A stretch of DNA of 64,000 bases from an uncultured Alphaproteobacteria bacterium. Its GTDB lineage: Bacteria; Pseudomonadota; Alphaproteobacteria; Rhodobacterales; Rhodobacteraceae. The DNA lies in assembly GCA_963765555.1 (NCBI GenBank), contig CAVXWX010000007.1:2313-66312 (forward strand), written 5' to 3'. Positions 19,405 to 29,637 of this stretch are shown piece by piece. The position numbers were made by a program, and so were the translations under genes. How positions within the stretch are numbered: the stretch's first letter is position 1; every line of letters begins with the position of its first letter. The notes beneath the pieces were generated by a model. That model searched no databases, was not told the origin of the DNA, and saw only the letters and a list, made by a program, of their open reading frames with translations.

Positions 19405-21080
19405 AAAATTCCGTATCAGACGGACACCTTCCGCGCCAACCGGCGATGCCGAACACGGCACGTCGTCGAGCCAGCAAAACAACGCTGATCGTTCGACACC
19501 AGCGACAGAAGACTACCGGTCTGATCTGCGGCACCAGACAAGTGCGCACACAGAAGATCAGATGCAGGACTCTGAACACGTCAGCACCGATCTGGATGCC
19601 ATCAAACGCGAGGGGTCTGACCGGCCGCCAGTTGCGTATGGCGCGCCGGGTCGCACAAAAACACAACCTTGCCCCGACATCGGATTTTGATGCGGTGCGG
19701 TTGTTGCGGATACAGGGCATTGATCCGTTTCAGCGCTCTAACCTGCTGGAACTGGTTGTGCCGCGGGCGGGCGCCGAACAGCGCGAAGGCGGCCCCGGCA
19801 ATATGCTGGATGCCCTGCGTGCCCAAAAAGGCGGGGCGGGTTCCGAAGGCAAGAAAGTTCAATTGCCCCAAACCGTACCTACGCAAAGACAAACTCTGCC
19901 ATCGACCGGGCTGAGCCCGTCTGAACGGCGCGTCAAGGAAATCACCGAGATCCAACGCGACATCGCGCGCCGGCGTCGCCGGAAATTGGCGCTTCTGCTG
20001 ACCCGTTTGTCGTTTTTCGTCTTCCTTCCAACCTTTCTTGCCGGGTGGTACTTTTTCGTCATTGCCACGCCGATGTATGCAACGAAATCCGAATTCCTGA
20101 TCTTGCAAGCGGACAATACCGGTGGCGGTTCGGGCCTTGGCGGGCTTCTTTCGGGCACCCAGTTTGCCACCAACCAAGACAGCATTGCGGTGCAATCCTA
20201 CTTGCAATCCAAAGATGCGATGCTGCGTCTGGATGCGGACGCGGGCTTTAAATCCCACTTCACTCAGCCCTCGATCGATCCGATCCAACGCATGAACGAA
20301 AACCCGTCGGCCGAGGAAGCGTACAAGACCTACAAGAAAAACGTGAAAATCGGATATGACCCGACAGAAGGTGTGATCCGGCTTGAGGTTGCGGCATCCG
20401 ACCCCGATACAGCGCACGTTGTTCTCCACAAAGCTGATCGCCTATGCCGAAGAACGGGTGAACAACCTGACGCAGCAAAAGCGCGGCGACCAGATGAAGG
20501 ATGCCCAGCAAAGCTTTGAAAACGCTGTAGCTGGAGCGGCGCGCCGCGCAAGAGCACCTGGTCACACTACAACAACAGGGCGCCGTCCTTGATCCCGAAG
20601 GTGTCATCGCGTCGCTGCGCGGCCAGATCAATACCGTCGAAATACAGCTCCTTGAAAAAGAGCTGCAACTGGCCGCCCTGCTGGACAATAGCCGCCCCAA
20701 CCAAAGCCGCGTGGAAGGTGCACAAGGCGACGTTCGCCGACTGCAGGATCAGCTGGTGGAATTGAACGCCAAGATGACCGATGCCAGCCAGGGCGAAAAC
20801 TCGCTGGCGCAACTGGCGCTGAACATCCAGATGGCACAGGCCGATCTCGCCACGCGTGATCTGCTGTTGCAGTCGGCCCTGCAATCAGGTCGAACAGACC
20901 CGCATGGAAGCCAGCCGTCAGGTGCGGTATCTGACAATTTCGGTGCAGCCGGTGCCATCGGAAGATCCGAGCTATCCCCGCGCCTTTGAAAACACCATTC
21001 TTGCCTTCCTGATTTTTGCGGGCATCTATCTGATGATCTCACTTACCGCATCCATCTTGCGCGAACAGGTAACATCCTAA
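19382..21080 (+). CDS. KpsE-like capsule export inner-membrane protein, interrupted by about 4 frameshifts (probably sequence errors)
   Basis: Fragments in successive frames: FVFLPT..AGWYFF..ATPMY, VQSYLQS, coiled coil, RYL....P..SEDPSYPR; shifts near 19615, 20415, 20527 and 20886. Confidence 0.8.
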
Positions 21081-21083
21081 CCC

Positions 21084-21918
21084 ATGACACACGTAAAAAT
21101 TGACGATCTGACAATCGGAAACGATTGCCCGCTGACGATCATCGCCGGCCCCTGCCAATTGGAAAGCGCGGATCACGCGCAGATGATCGCCGGGAAAATG
21201 AAAGAAGCCTGCGATGCGGCGGGGGCGCAGTACGTTTTCAAAGCCTCCTTTGACAAGGCCAACCGCACATCGCTTTCCGGCATTCGCGGTCTGGGCATGG
21301 ACGAAGGGCTGGCCGTGTTGCAGGGCGTTCGCGATGCAATCGGCGTGCCCGTCCTAACAGACGTCCACAACGAGGCCCAATGCGCCCCCACAGCCCAGGC
21401 TGTCGATATTCTGCAAATCCCAGCGTTCCTGTGCCGCCAGACCGATATGTTGCTGGCCGCCGGAGAAACCGGTGCCGCGATCAACGTCAAGAAGGGGCAG
21501 TTTCTTGCGCCCTGGGAAATGGGAAACATCGTTACCAAAATCGAAAGCACCGGAAACAAACGCATTCTGTTGACCGAGCGCGGAACGACCTTTGGCTACA
21601 ACACGCTGGTGGCAGACATGCGGTCGCTGCCGCAGATGGCCAAGACCGGATATCCGGTTGTGATGGATGCCACCCATTCCGTGCAACAACCCGGCGGCCA
21701 AGGGCGGCAGTTCCGGTGGCCAGCGCGAATTTGCGCCTGTTATGGCGCGCGCCGCCGTCGCGATCGGCGTTGCCGCCGTTTTCATCGAAACCCATGAAGA
21801 CCCGGACAAATCGCCCAGCGACGGCCCCAACATGATCTATCTTGATCAGATGCCGGCCTTGATCAATGCGCTGATGCAGTTTGACAAGCTGGCCAAGGCC
21901 AATCCCGTTTCGATCTGA
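21084..21918 (+). CDS. kdsA: KDO-8-phosphate synthase, one frameshift near 21700
   Basis: [39 protein letters not shown]; continuation [15 protein letters not shown] in the next frame. Confidence 0.92.
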
Positions 21919-21945
21919 TATCATTGACAAGAGCGAGTATTCTTC

Positions 21946-23448
21946 GTGCAAAAACCTGCCCCCACCGTCACGCCCAATACATGGGATTTTCTGCGCGACC
22001 CGATGATCACCCCGACGGGGTTTCGCGAATATGATGCGCGCTGGAAATACCCGGACGAGATCAACCTGCCGGGCATCACCGCTTTGGGTCTGGGATTGGG
22101 CACACAGATGCATGCGCGCGGGATCAAACCTGTAATTGCGGTCGGCAAATGATTACCGCGACTATTCGCTGAGCATCAAAAACGCCCTGATCCTGGGGCT
22201 GATGCAGGCCGGTATCAGCGTCAAGGATATCGGCCCTGCCGTGTCCCCGATGGCCTATTTTTCCCAGTTCTATCTGGATGTGCCTGCGGTCGCCATGGTG
22301 ACGGCCAGCCATAACCCGAACGGGTGGACCGGCGTGAAAATGGGGTTTGACCGCCCGCTGACCCACGGCCCCGATGAAATGTCGGAACTGCGCGATATCG
22401 TTCTGGAAGGGCGCGGGCAGGCCCGCCCCGGCGGTGCCTATGAATTTGTCGACGGCGTGAAAGAGGCGTATCTCGACGATCTTGTCGGTGATTTCAAAAT
22501 GTCGCGCAAGCTGAAAGTCGTCTGCGCCACCGGCAACGGCACCGCCTGTGCCTTTGCCCCTGAATTGTTCCGCCGCATCGGGGTCGAGGTGGTCGAAAGC
22601 CACAATACGCTGGATTACACCTTTCCGCATTACAACCCGAACCCCGAAGCCATGGAAATGCTGCACGACATGGCCGATAGCGTCAAAGCCTCGGGCGCGG
22701 ATTTCGCGCTGGGCTTTGATGGCGATGGCGACCGCTGCGGCGTGGTGGACGACGAGGGCGAGGAGATTTTTGCCGACAAGGTCGGCGTCATCATGGCCCG
22801 TGACCTGGCCAAGATTTATCCCGAATGCCACCTTTGTCGCAGACGTCAAATCCACCGGGCTGTTCGCCGTCCGACCCTGAACTGATCGCCAATGGCGTCA
22901 AGGCGGATTACTGGAAAACCGGCCATTCCCACATGAAACGGCGGGTCAAGGAAATCGGCGCGCTGGCGGGGTTTGAAAAATCCGGGCCACTACTTTCTGG
23001 CCGAACCGATCGGGCGTGGCTATGATTGCGGACATGCGGGTTGCGGTTGAAATCTGCAAGCTGATGGACCGCAATCCGGATAAATCCATGTCCGATCTGC
23101 GCCGCGCGCTGCCACAAACCTGGGCCACGCCCACCATGTCGCCCTATTGTGCCGACACGGAAAAATACGACGATGCTGGACCGTCTGGTGGCCAAACTGG
23201 TGGCCAAGGCGGACGCGGGCGAATTACTGGCGGGTCGCGCGATCAAAGAGGTTGTCACCGTAAACGGCGCGCGCGTGATCCTCGACAATGGCGCGTGGGG
23301 TCTGGTGCGGGCCTCGTCCAACACGCCCAATCTGGTGGTGGTCTGCGAAAGCCCCGAAAGCGATGCGGAAATGCGCGCCATATTCGCCGATATTGACGCG
23401 GTTATCCGCACCGAACCGTCGGTGGGCGACTACGATCAGACAATCTAG
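21946..23448 (+). CDS. Phosphomannomutase/phosphoglucomutase, multiple frameshifts
   Basis: GFREYDAR, VTASHNP, FDGDGDR, GFEKSG, LVRASSN spread over several frames. Confidence 0.9.
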
Positions 23449-23491
23449 TGGTACGACTGAATTCTTGCCCGTATTTGGGGCAAAAAGAAAA

Positions 23492-25450
23492 TCAGTCGAA
23501 TAGCTTTTTCAGACTGCGCCCCAGTTCTTTTTCCAGCTTGTCCTGAATGGCGTCTTCGGTGGACTGGCCTTGCTCTGTCACGATGCCCAGTTCTTTTTCC
23601 AGGGCGCGCCCCACTTCTTGCTGAACCTGGTCTTCAATCGCTTTGCGTTCCTGTTCAAAATTCAACTCTAGCGCCGCGCCCACGTCGGGCACAATCCGGG
23701 GCGAAGCCCACGGGCCTGAAATACGCACCGGAATGGCAAGGCCACTGCCGGATCTGGCCCGCACCGCGACGGGCGTGATCAGATAATCAATATCCTGTCG
23801 GCCCAGACCAATGCGACCAACACCCCGGGTTTCAACCTGCGGCAGGATCAACAAAAGATCATCGTTCAGAACATCACCGTTCTGCATCACCATCGAAGCC
23901 GTCAGGCTGTCGAATACCGTGGTGCCACCCCCAACGTCACCGGACCGGATCAACCGGTCCAGATCAAGGCCGGTGAATGTCCCACGCCCGACCGCAACTG
24001 ATCCTTCACCAGACAGGGACCGCACGATCTGGTCAACCGATTGACCGGCCCCCAGAAACGCGAATTCGACATCTGCCAGCCCTGTCAGTCGTGTCCAGCC
24101 CGCGACGTCCGACAACACCCCGTTCAATGCGATCCCCGTTCCTTTCAGGGTACCGCCGGTCGAAAACCCGTTGCGATTGTTCAAGACGACTTCGCCCGTG
24201 ATACGCCCGTCATACGCACGGATTTCGCCAATTGTAACAACGGCGCGGGCGCGGGTGATTTGCACATCGATCCGCGTCGCATCAAGGTTCAGAGTTCCGA
24301 AATCAAGCGAACCGGTTGTCAGCGATACATTGCCTTCGAAGATGGACAGGGCACTGGCATCTATCGCAGTAGTGGACCACCCCGACGGCGTTGTGCCTGC
24401 ACCCGCCGCAGGCGCGCCTGCCGTGCCGGCCGCATCACCACCAAGGCCCGACAGATCAAGGGCTTCGGCAGACAGGCGCGCGTTGATCTGTGGCACATCA
24501 CCCAACTGGATATCTGCATCTGCACGCAGGTTATTGCCATCAAGCTTCATCACCGCGTCGCGCAGCGCCAATGCACCATCACGTGTCAGGGTGACCTTGG
24601 CGCGAATGTCGGCCTTGCGCCCCAATCCCTGCGGGACATCCACCGGCCCAACACCCAACGCGTTCAGGAACGCGCCGGTATCCGGCGTCGTGATCTGTGT
24701 CTGGCCGGCCAGTTCGCCCAGAATTCCGGCAACGCCTTCAAACGTCACCGCGCCCCCCGGCCCCGCAACCGCAACGGACACCGGCTGCGGCCGGCCTTGG
24801 CTCCAGTTCGCAAATTGCGCGATGTCGACTTTTATGGACAGCGGTTCGCCCGTCGGCCGTGCGGTGGCGTTGAACTGTGCCGCACCGGCCGGATCAGGCC
24901 ACAACAGAGTGAGATCAACATTGCCGATATCTATCGTGTCCTGCCCTTCGACCGCATAAATCAGGCGGGCGTTTTTGACATCAAGATGTTCCAGAACGAA
25001 TTGATCCTGGCCCGCCCCCTGATCGGGACCGGCGGGCGCAGACCCGGTGGTTGAGGGCGCTGCTACCGGCCTGAACAACCAGTTCGCCCGCCCGTCTGCA
25101 CGTTGTTCTAGCCTGACGACCGGGTTTTCCGCCTCAACCTTGGTGATGCGCACATCACCGCCAAACAGGCCGGCCGTATTGACCCCGATGGACAGACTGT
25201 CTGCGGCAAACATCGGCCCTTGGTCTGACCAGCTTGCGTTGGCAAGGGTGACCGGACCTGTCGCAATCCCCAAAACCGGCCACAACGTCACCTGCGTTTC
25301 TCCGCGAAACACCAGATCACGCCCTGTCTGCGCTTTGATCTGGTCGGCGGCGATACGGGCGATCCTGTCGCCGGGCAGCAACAGGACCGAGCCGATTGCA
25401 ACCACGGCAATCAAAAGCAGAACACCGGCCAGACGTATCACCCACCGCAT
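23492..25450 (-). CDS. AsmA-family protein
   Basis: N-terminal anchor followed by QTGR.L, LE..ADG.ANW; C-terminal IPVRISGPWASP. Confidence 0.85.
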   Translation of the reverse strand: MRWVIRLAGVLLLIAVVAIGSVLLLPGDRIARIAADQIKAQTGRDLVFRGETQVTLWPVLGIATGPVTLANASWSDQGPMFAADSLSIGVNTAGLFGGDVRITKVEAENPVVRLEQRADGRANWLFRPVAAPSTTGSAPAGPDQGAGQDQFVLEHLDVKNARLIYAVEGQDTIDIGNVDLTLLWPDPAGAAQFNATARPTGEPLSIKVDIAQFANWSQGRPQPVSVAVAGPGGAVTFEGVAGILGELAGQTQITTPDTGAFLNALGVGPVDVPQGLGRKADIRAKVTLTRDGALALRDAVMKLDGNNLRADADIQLGDVPQINARLSAEALDLSGLGGDAAGTAGAPAAGAGTTPSGWSTTAIDASALSIFEGNVSLTTGSLDFGTLNLDATRIDVQITRARAVVTIGEIRAYDGRITGEVVLNNRNGFSTGGTLKGTGIALNGVLSDVAGWTRLTGLADVEFAFLGAGQSVDQIVRSLSGEGSVAVGRGTFTGLDLDRLIRSGDVGGGTTVFDSLTASMVMQNGDVLNDDLLLILPQVETRGVGRIGLGRQDIDYLITPVAVRARSGSGLAIPVRISGPWASPRIVPDVGAALELNFEQERKAIEDQVQQEVGRALEKELGIVTEQGQSTEDAIQDKLEKELGRSLKKLFD

Positions 25451-25514
25451 CGAGATACTCCTTGTTGATAAATCAGAGGTAGACCGCATCCGGGGGTACC
25501 GCAAGCTTGACCTC

Positions 25515-25549
25515 TTTCCGCGCGATCACGGATCGCGTATAGCGCGGGG
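25515..25549 (+). promoter_or_regulatory. Candidate leaderless sigma70 promoter of rimO
   Basis: TTTCCG-N17-TATAGC, 6 nt before the ATG, no clear Shine-Dalgarno; the spacer is a palindrome. Confidence 0.45.
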
Positions 25550-26947
25550 ATGAGCACGAACCCGCCAAATCTGCGCCCCGATCTCGCCCCCGCCGCCACG
25601 CTGCCTCAGGCCACGCGCAGCGGCCAGCCGACCATCGGCATGGTCATCCCTGGGCTGCCCCAAGGCGCTGGTCGACAGCGAACGCATCCTGACCCGCCTG
25701 CGCGCCGAAGGCTACGGCGTATCAGCCCCGATTATGCGGGCGCGGATGCGGTGATCGTCAACACCTGCGGGTTTCTGGACAGCGCCAAGGCCGAAAGCCT
25801 TGATGCCATCGGCGAGGCGCTGAAGGAAAACGGCAAGGTGATCGTCACGGGCTGTCTGGGGGCCGAGCCCGATTACATCCGCGAACACCACCCCAAGATT
25901 CTGGCCGTGACCGGCCCGCACCAATACGAACAGGTGCTGGATGCCGTGCATGCCGCCGTGCCGCCCGCTCCCGATCCGTTTATCGATCTGCTGCCCGCCA
26001 CCGGCGTATCGCTGACGCCGCGCCACTACAGCTATCTGAAGATTTCCGAGGGCTGTAACCACAAGTGCAAGTTCTGCATCATCCCCGATATGCGCGGCAG
26101 ACTGGCCAGCCGCCCCGCCCATGCGGTGCTGCGCGAGGCGGAAAAGCTGGTGCGAGGCGGGCGTGCGCGAACTGCTGGTGATCTCGCAGGATACCTCCGC
26201 CTACGGGCTGGACCGCAAATATGATCTGAACCCGTGGAAAGACGGCGAGGTGCGCAGCCATATCACCGATCTGGCCCGCGAACTGGGGCAGCTGGGCGCG
26301 TGGGTGCGGCTGCATTACGTCTATCCCTACCCGCATGTGCGCGACCTGATCCCGCTGATGGCGGACCTGGACAATGGCGTGCTGCCCTATCTGGATATCC
26401 CGTTCCAGCACGCCCACCCCGATGTGCTGCGCCGCATGGCGCGCCCCGCGGCGGGGGCCAAAACGCTGGACGAGATCGCCGCATGGCGCGCCGATCTGCC
26501 CCGATATCACCCTGCGCTCGCACCTTCATCGTCGGCTATCCCGGCGAGACCGAGGCCGAATTCCAGACCCTGCTGGACTGGATGGACGAGGCGCAACTGG
26601 ACCGGGTCGGCTGCTTTCAATACGAAAACGTCGCCGGTGCGCGATCAAACGCCCTGCCCGACCATGTGGCCGACTGAGGTCAAACAGGACCGCTGGGACC
26701 GGTTCATGGAAAAGGCGCAGGCGATTTCCGAGGCCAAACTGGCCGCCAAGGTGGGCCGCGTGCTGGAGGTGATCGTGGACGAAGTCGACGACGACGGCCG
26801 CCACCTGCCGCACCATGGCCGACGCGCCCGAGATCGACGGGAACCTGTTTATCGACGAAGGGTTCGAGGGGTTGAAGCCGGGCGATATCGTGCGCGTTCG
26901 AGGTGGATGAGGCGGGCGAGTATGATTTGTGGGGGACGGTTGTTTGA
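25550..26947 (+). CDS. rimO: Ribosomal protein S12 methylthiotransferase, multiple frameshifts
   Basis: [28 protein letters not shown] radical-SAM motif, [16 protein letters not shown] end across frames. Confidence 0.92.
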
Positions 26948-27648
26948 ATGGATCAAGACTCCAACTCCGATTTCGGCTCGGAAACCATTGAAGATGTTGC
27001 AATAGCCATTGAAACAGCCTTGGCGTCGTTAGAAAACCATTGTTTCGACAAAGCCGATTTCAGACATCAAGTGATTGTAGGGCTACAGCTATCAATTGTG
27101 GAGCAAGCACATTCCGCGATGATCCTACTAAAAAGCGAAATGGTCTTTGATGCTAAAATTATCCTTCGGTCGGCCTTAGAGCACTATGTCGAACTGACAA
27201 ATTGCACAACGGATGACAGTTATTATTCTGCCATTCAGGAAAAATTCGCTTGGAATATTAAGGAAACATTGACCGAAGCGCAAAGCGGGAACCCCTTTTT
27301 AGCGCGGATCGCCATCGAAATCCCAGTTGAAGACGAGTTGGCAGAATGGGAACAGAAATCCGATGAAATTAGAGACTTAGGTGGAAAAAAAAACCTATCA
27401 ACTAAAAGTTCTCGGACGCAGGTTTAGGGAACGAATTCAAAAGCGTTTATCGGTCACTTTCAAACTTGGTGCACCCAACCTATTCCGGACTTATCGAGCG
27501 GCATTTTGACATTGAAAATAAGACCGACGAGTTCAAAGTCGTATCTTTTAGGGAACCTCCTGCAGATACCGTTGGCGTCGTTTGCCAAACACTTTGTTTT
27601 TTAGTCAAAGAATTCGAAAAAATGACAACGACCTATTTAGAAAAATAG
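26948..27648 (+). pseudogene. AT-rich hypothetical gene (DUF5677/HEPN-like), split by one frameshift near 27405
   Basis: RSALE in the first ORF and YRSLSNLVH in the next frame; composition differs from flanks. Confidence 0.5.
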
Positions 27649-27661
27649 TCGCACGTTGTCT

Positions 27662-27780
27662 GGAAAACTCTCTGATCAAAGGAGTTTCCCGAACAATATT
27701 GTGCTTCGACAATTCCCACACCCAGCCCGCGCAAGGCGAGGGCAGCCCCTCCCCTTGCCCCATGGAGCAGGGGCTTGGTC
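27662..27780. repeat. Intergenic palindromic REP-like elements
   Basis: GGAAAACTC-TCTGATCAAA-GGAGTTTCC imperfect palindrome (27662-27689) and an 11/12-bp hairpin GCAAGGCGAGGG-CAGC-CCCTCCCCTTGC (27731-27758). Confidence 0.5.
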
Positions 27781-27811
27781 GCTTCTAAAGACAACATCAA
27801 AATAACGCAGC

Positions 27812-27842
27812 AAAAAACCCGCCCTTTCGGGGCGGGTCTTTA
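27812..27842 (-). terminator. Rho-independent terminator, probably bidirectional
   Basis: AAAAA-ACCCGCCC-TTTCG-GGGCGGGT-CTTT between convergent genes. Confidence 0.85.
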
Positions 27843-27871
27843 TCGTTCTCTAACAACCCAACCGTTGCTAT

Positions 27872-28456
27872 CTACTTCTTGTACCCGAACGCACCATTGG
27901 GCACCTGCGCCAGTCCGCCGCCACCGCCCGATCCCATGCGCATCATCAGGCAGGATGTGCCTTCTTTCTGGAAATACAGCGCTTTCAATTCGTACCAGCC
28001 GGCCTCGGGCACCTCGACGGTTGTGACGCGGGTGGTTTCGCAGCCGTGGATGCCATCATAAAGCGCCACCTGCTGGCCGCCGATCCAGACCTGCAAGCCG
28101 TCATTGGTCAGGAAATCGATATCATAGCTGCCGGGGGCATCGAATTTGATGTATCCGTTGATATCCGCCGCCACCTGATATTCACGCCGCGCGGTCATCA
28201 CCAGATCACCTTCGGTTGTATCCTTGTAGGATAGTCCGGCCAGTGGCTTACCGCGCTTTCCACTGCTGTTGATCGCCGCAGACGCATCTACCAGTGTTCT
28301 GATCTTGTTGGATGGATAGCCGTAATTCACCGCCAGCCCTTCCTTGAGCTTTGAGGGTTGCGGATTGGCGGGGGTCAGCGTCACAGACCCCGCGACACTG
28401 ATCGTGGCACATAACATGGACAGGGCGGCGATGGCCCCGATCAACCTGATCTTCAT
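27872..28456 (-). CDS. Secreted PA14-domain protein
   Basis: Signal peptide, GYIKF..PG.Y, NDG...WIGG, DG.H, LYFQ.EG. Confidence 0.8.
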   Translation of the reverse strand: MKIRLIGAIAALSMLCATISVAGSVTLTPANPQPSKLKEGLAVNYGYPSNKIRTLVDASAAINSSGKRGKPLAGLSYKDTTEGDLVMTARREYQVAADINGYIKFDAPGSYDIDFLTNDGLQVWIGGQQVALYDGIHGCETTRVTTVEVPEAGWYELKALYFQKEGTSCLMMRMGSGGGGGLAQVPNGAFGYKK

Positions 28457-28633
28457 TTCATTCTCCCCGTTTTTTGACACAACACCGGACTGGTCAGTGC
28501 CAGCGTTCACCATTGACTTTAGTGTGATCCTACGGCGCGGTGAAAACGCTGACAAGTGGATCGGATCGCGTACACAAGACTGTTATTTTACAAGCGCCGC
28601 GCTAGATTGGAGGTATCAAACACGAGGTTCTTT

Positions 28634-28876
28634 ATGTCTGACGCCCCCATAATCGCCCAGAAAGCCCCCTATCCTGTCGAGGTCACAGCCGGAAAAACCT
28701 ATTTCTGGTGCGCCTGCGGCAAATCTTCAAAGCAACCATTCTGTGACGGTTCGCACAAAGATACCGGCATCACCCCGATCAAATACGAGGCAGAGGCCGA
28801 CAAAAAGGCGTTTTTCTGTGGGTGCAAACATTCGGCCAAATCGCCGCTTTGTGACGGATCACACGCTAAGCTATAA
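28634..28876 (+). CDS. CDGSH iron-sulfur domain protein (two motifs)
   Basis: WCACGKSSKQPFCDGSH and FCGCKHS..SPLCDGSH. Confidence 0.93.
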   Translation: MSDAPIIAQKAPYPVEVTAGKTYFWCACGKSSKQPFCDGSHKDTGITPIKYEAEADKKAFFCGCKHSAKSPLCDGSHAKL

Positions 28877-29158
28877 GGGTTTCCTGCGAGCCGTTTTCTG
28901 CCGGAGTTGTCGCAGAACGGGCGCGTTGACGCAGCCTTCGGGTCCGGTGTCGGCAACTTCGAATTGCCGGGCCAGCCAAAGTTCGCACGTATCGGCATGC
29001 GCACAGGTGCGGCACTGCGTGACCATCGCACTGTAATCCTGCGCGCTTAAATGACCGGAATGAATACATTCGCTCAGGTTAACCCCCATCACACGGGCAA
29101 CAGATCGGGTAAGCCAGAAATGGCGTTCCGGATGACCAAGTTTAAGAATGTTATTCAT
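28871..29158 (-). CDS. Small four-Cys protein (DUF6455-like)
   Basis: VARVMGVNL...CRTC.H...C..WL...P..CVN. Confidence 0.7.
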   Translation of the reverse strand: MNNILKLGHPERHFWLTRSVARVMGVNLSECIHSGHLSAQDYSAMVTQCRTCAHADTCELWLARQFEVADTGPEGCVNAPVLRQLRQKTARRKPL

Positions 29159-29244
29159 GTCCGGGCTTCTTCTGTATCCAAAGCTCCGCCGGGCCAGACG
29201 TCAGACCGTCTGGCTTCGCTGCCAGCCTCGCATGGGAAATGGGT

Positions 29245-29499
29245 TCAGGGCAGCAGCCGTTCGATCAGATCGGTATTGCGGCAATAGCTGGGGGATTTTT
29301 CCGCGACCCCGTCCTGTTGTTCCAGCCACTGGTCGCAATGATCGGGGTTTGAACATCCCGTGCACCGCAGTACCGCGTCGCTGATCTCTTCTATCTGAAC
29401 ATCACCACGCATCGTGGCCTCTTCCAGATCGACACCGCGCGCCGTGGCCATGTGATCGACCAAAGCTGCGTGCCGTTTCAATACGTTTTCATGTTGCAT
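29245..29499 (-). CDS. Small four-Cys protein (DUF6455-like), paralogue of its neighbour
   Basis: MA.ARGVDL...CTGC....C.QWL...PSYCRN. Confidence 0.75.
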   Translation of the reverse strand: MQHENVLKRHAALVDHMATARGVDLEEATMRGDVQIEEISDAVLRCTGCSNPDHCDQWLEQQDGVAEKSPSYCRNTDLIERLLP

Positions 29500-29567
29500 T
29501 GGCGTATCGCCCCTGTTGTGGACCTTACATTGACACCAAGCTTAGGGGACAAAGGCACCAACGCGCC

Positions 29568-29581
29568 TTGACTCAGATCAA
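29568..29581. promoter_or_regulatory. FNR/FnrL-type box
   Basis: TTGAC-TCAG-ATCAA, 9/10 match to TTGAT-N4-ATCAA, about 70 bp upstream of the ATG at 29499. Confidence 0.7.
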
Positions 29582-29637
29582 GAAGCGTATTGGTACCCCC
29601 GGCACCAACGCCGAAATTTGGCGCATATCCCTTGTTT

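Noticed and set aside
19600-26950. Programmed frameshifting or phase variation in kpsE, kdsA, PMM and rimO
   Set aside because: Too many shifts per gene, most outside slippery or long homopolymer tracts; sequencing error is more parsimonious
27383-27405. A9 tract as a -1 ribosomal frameshift site joining the two AT-rich ORFs
   Set aside because: A -1 shift at the tract meets a TAA within a few codons, so the join must lie after that stop
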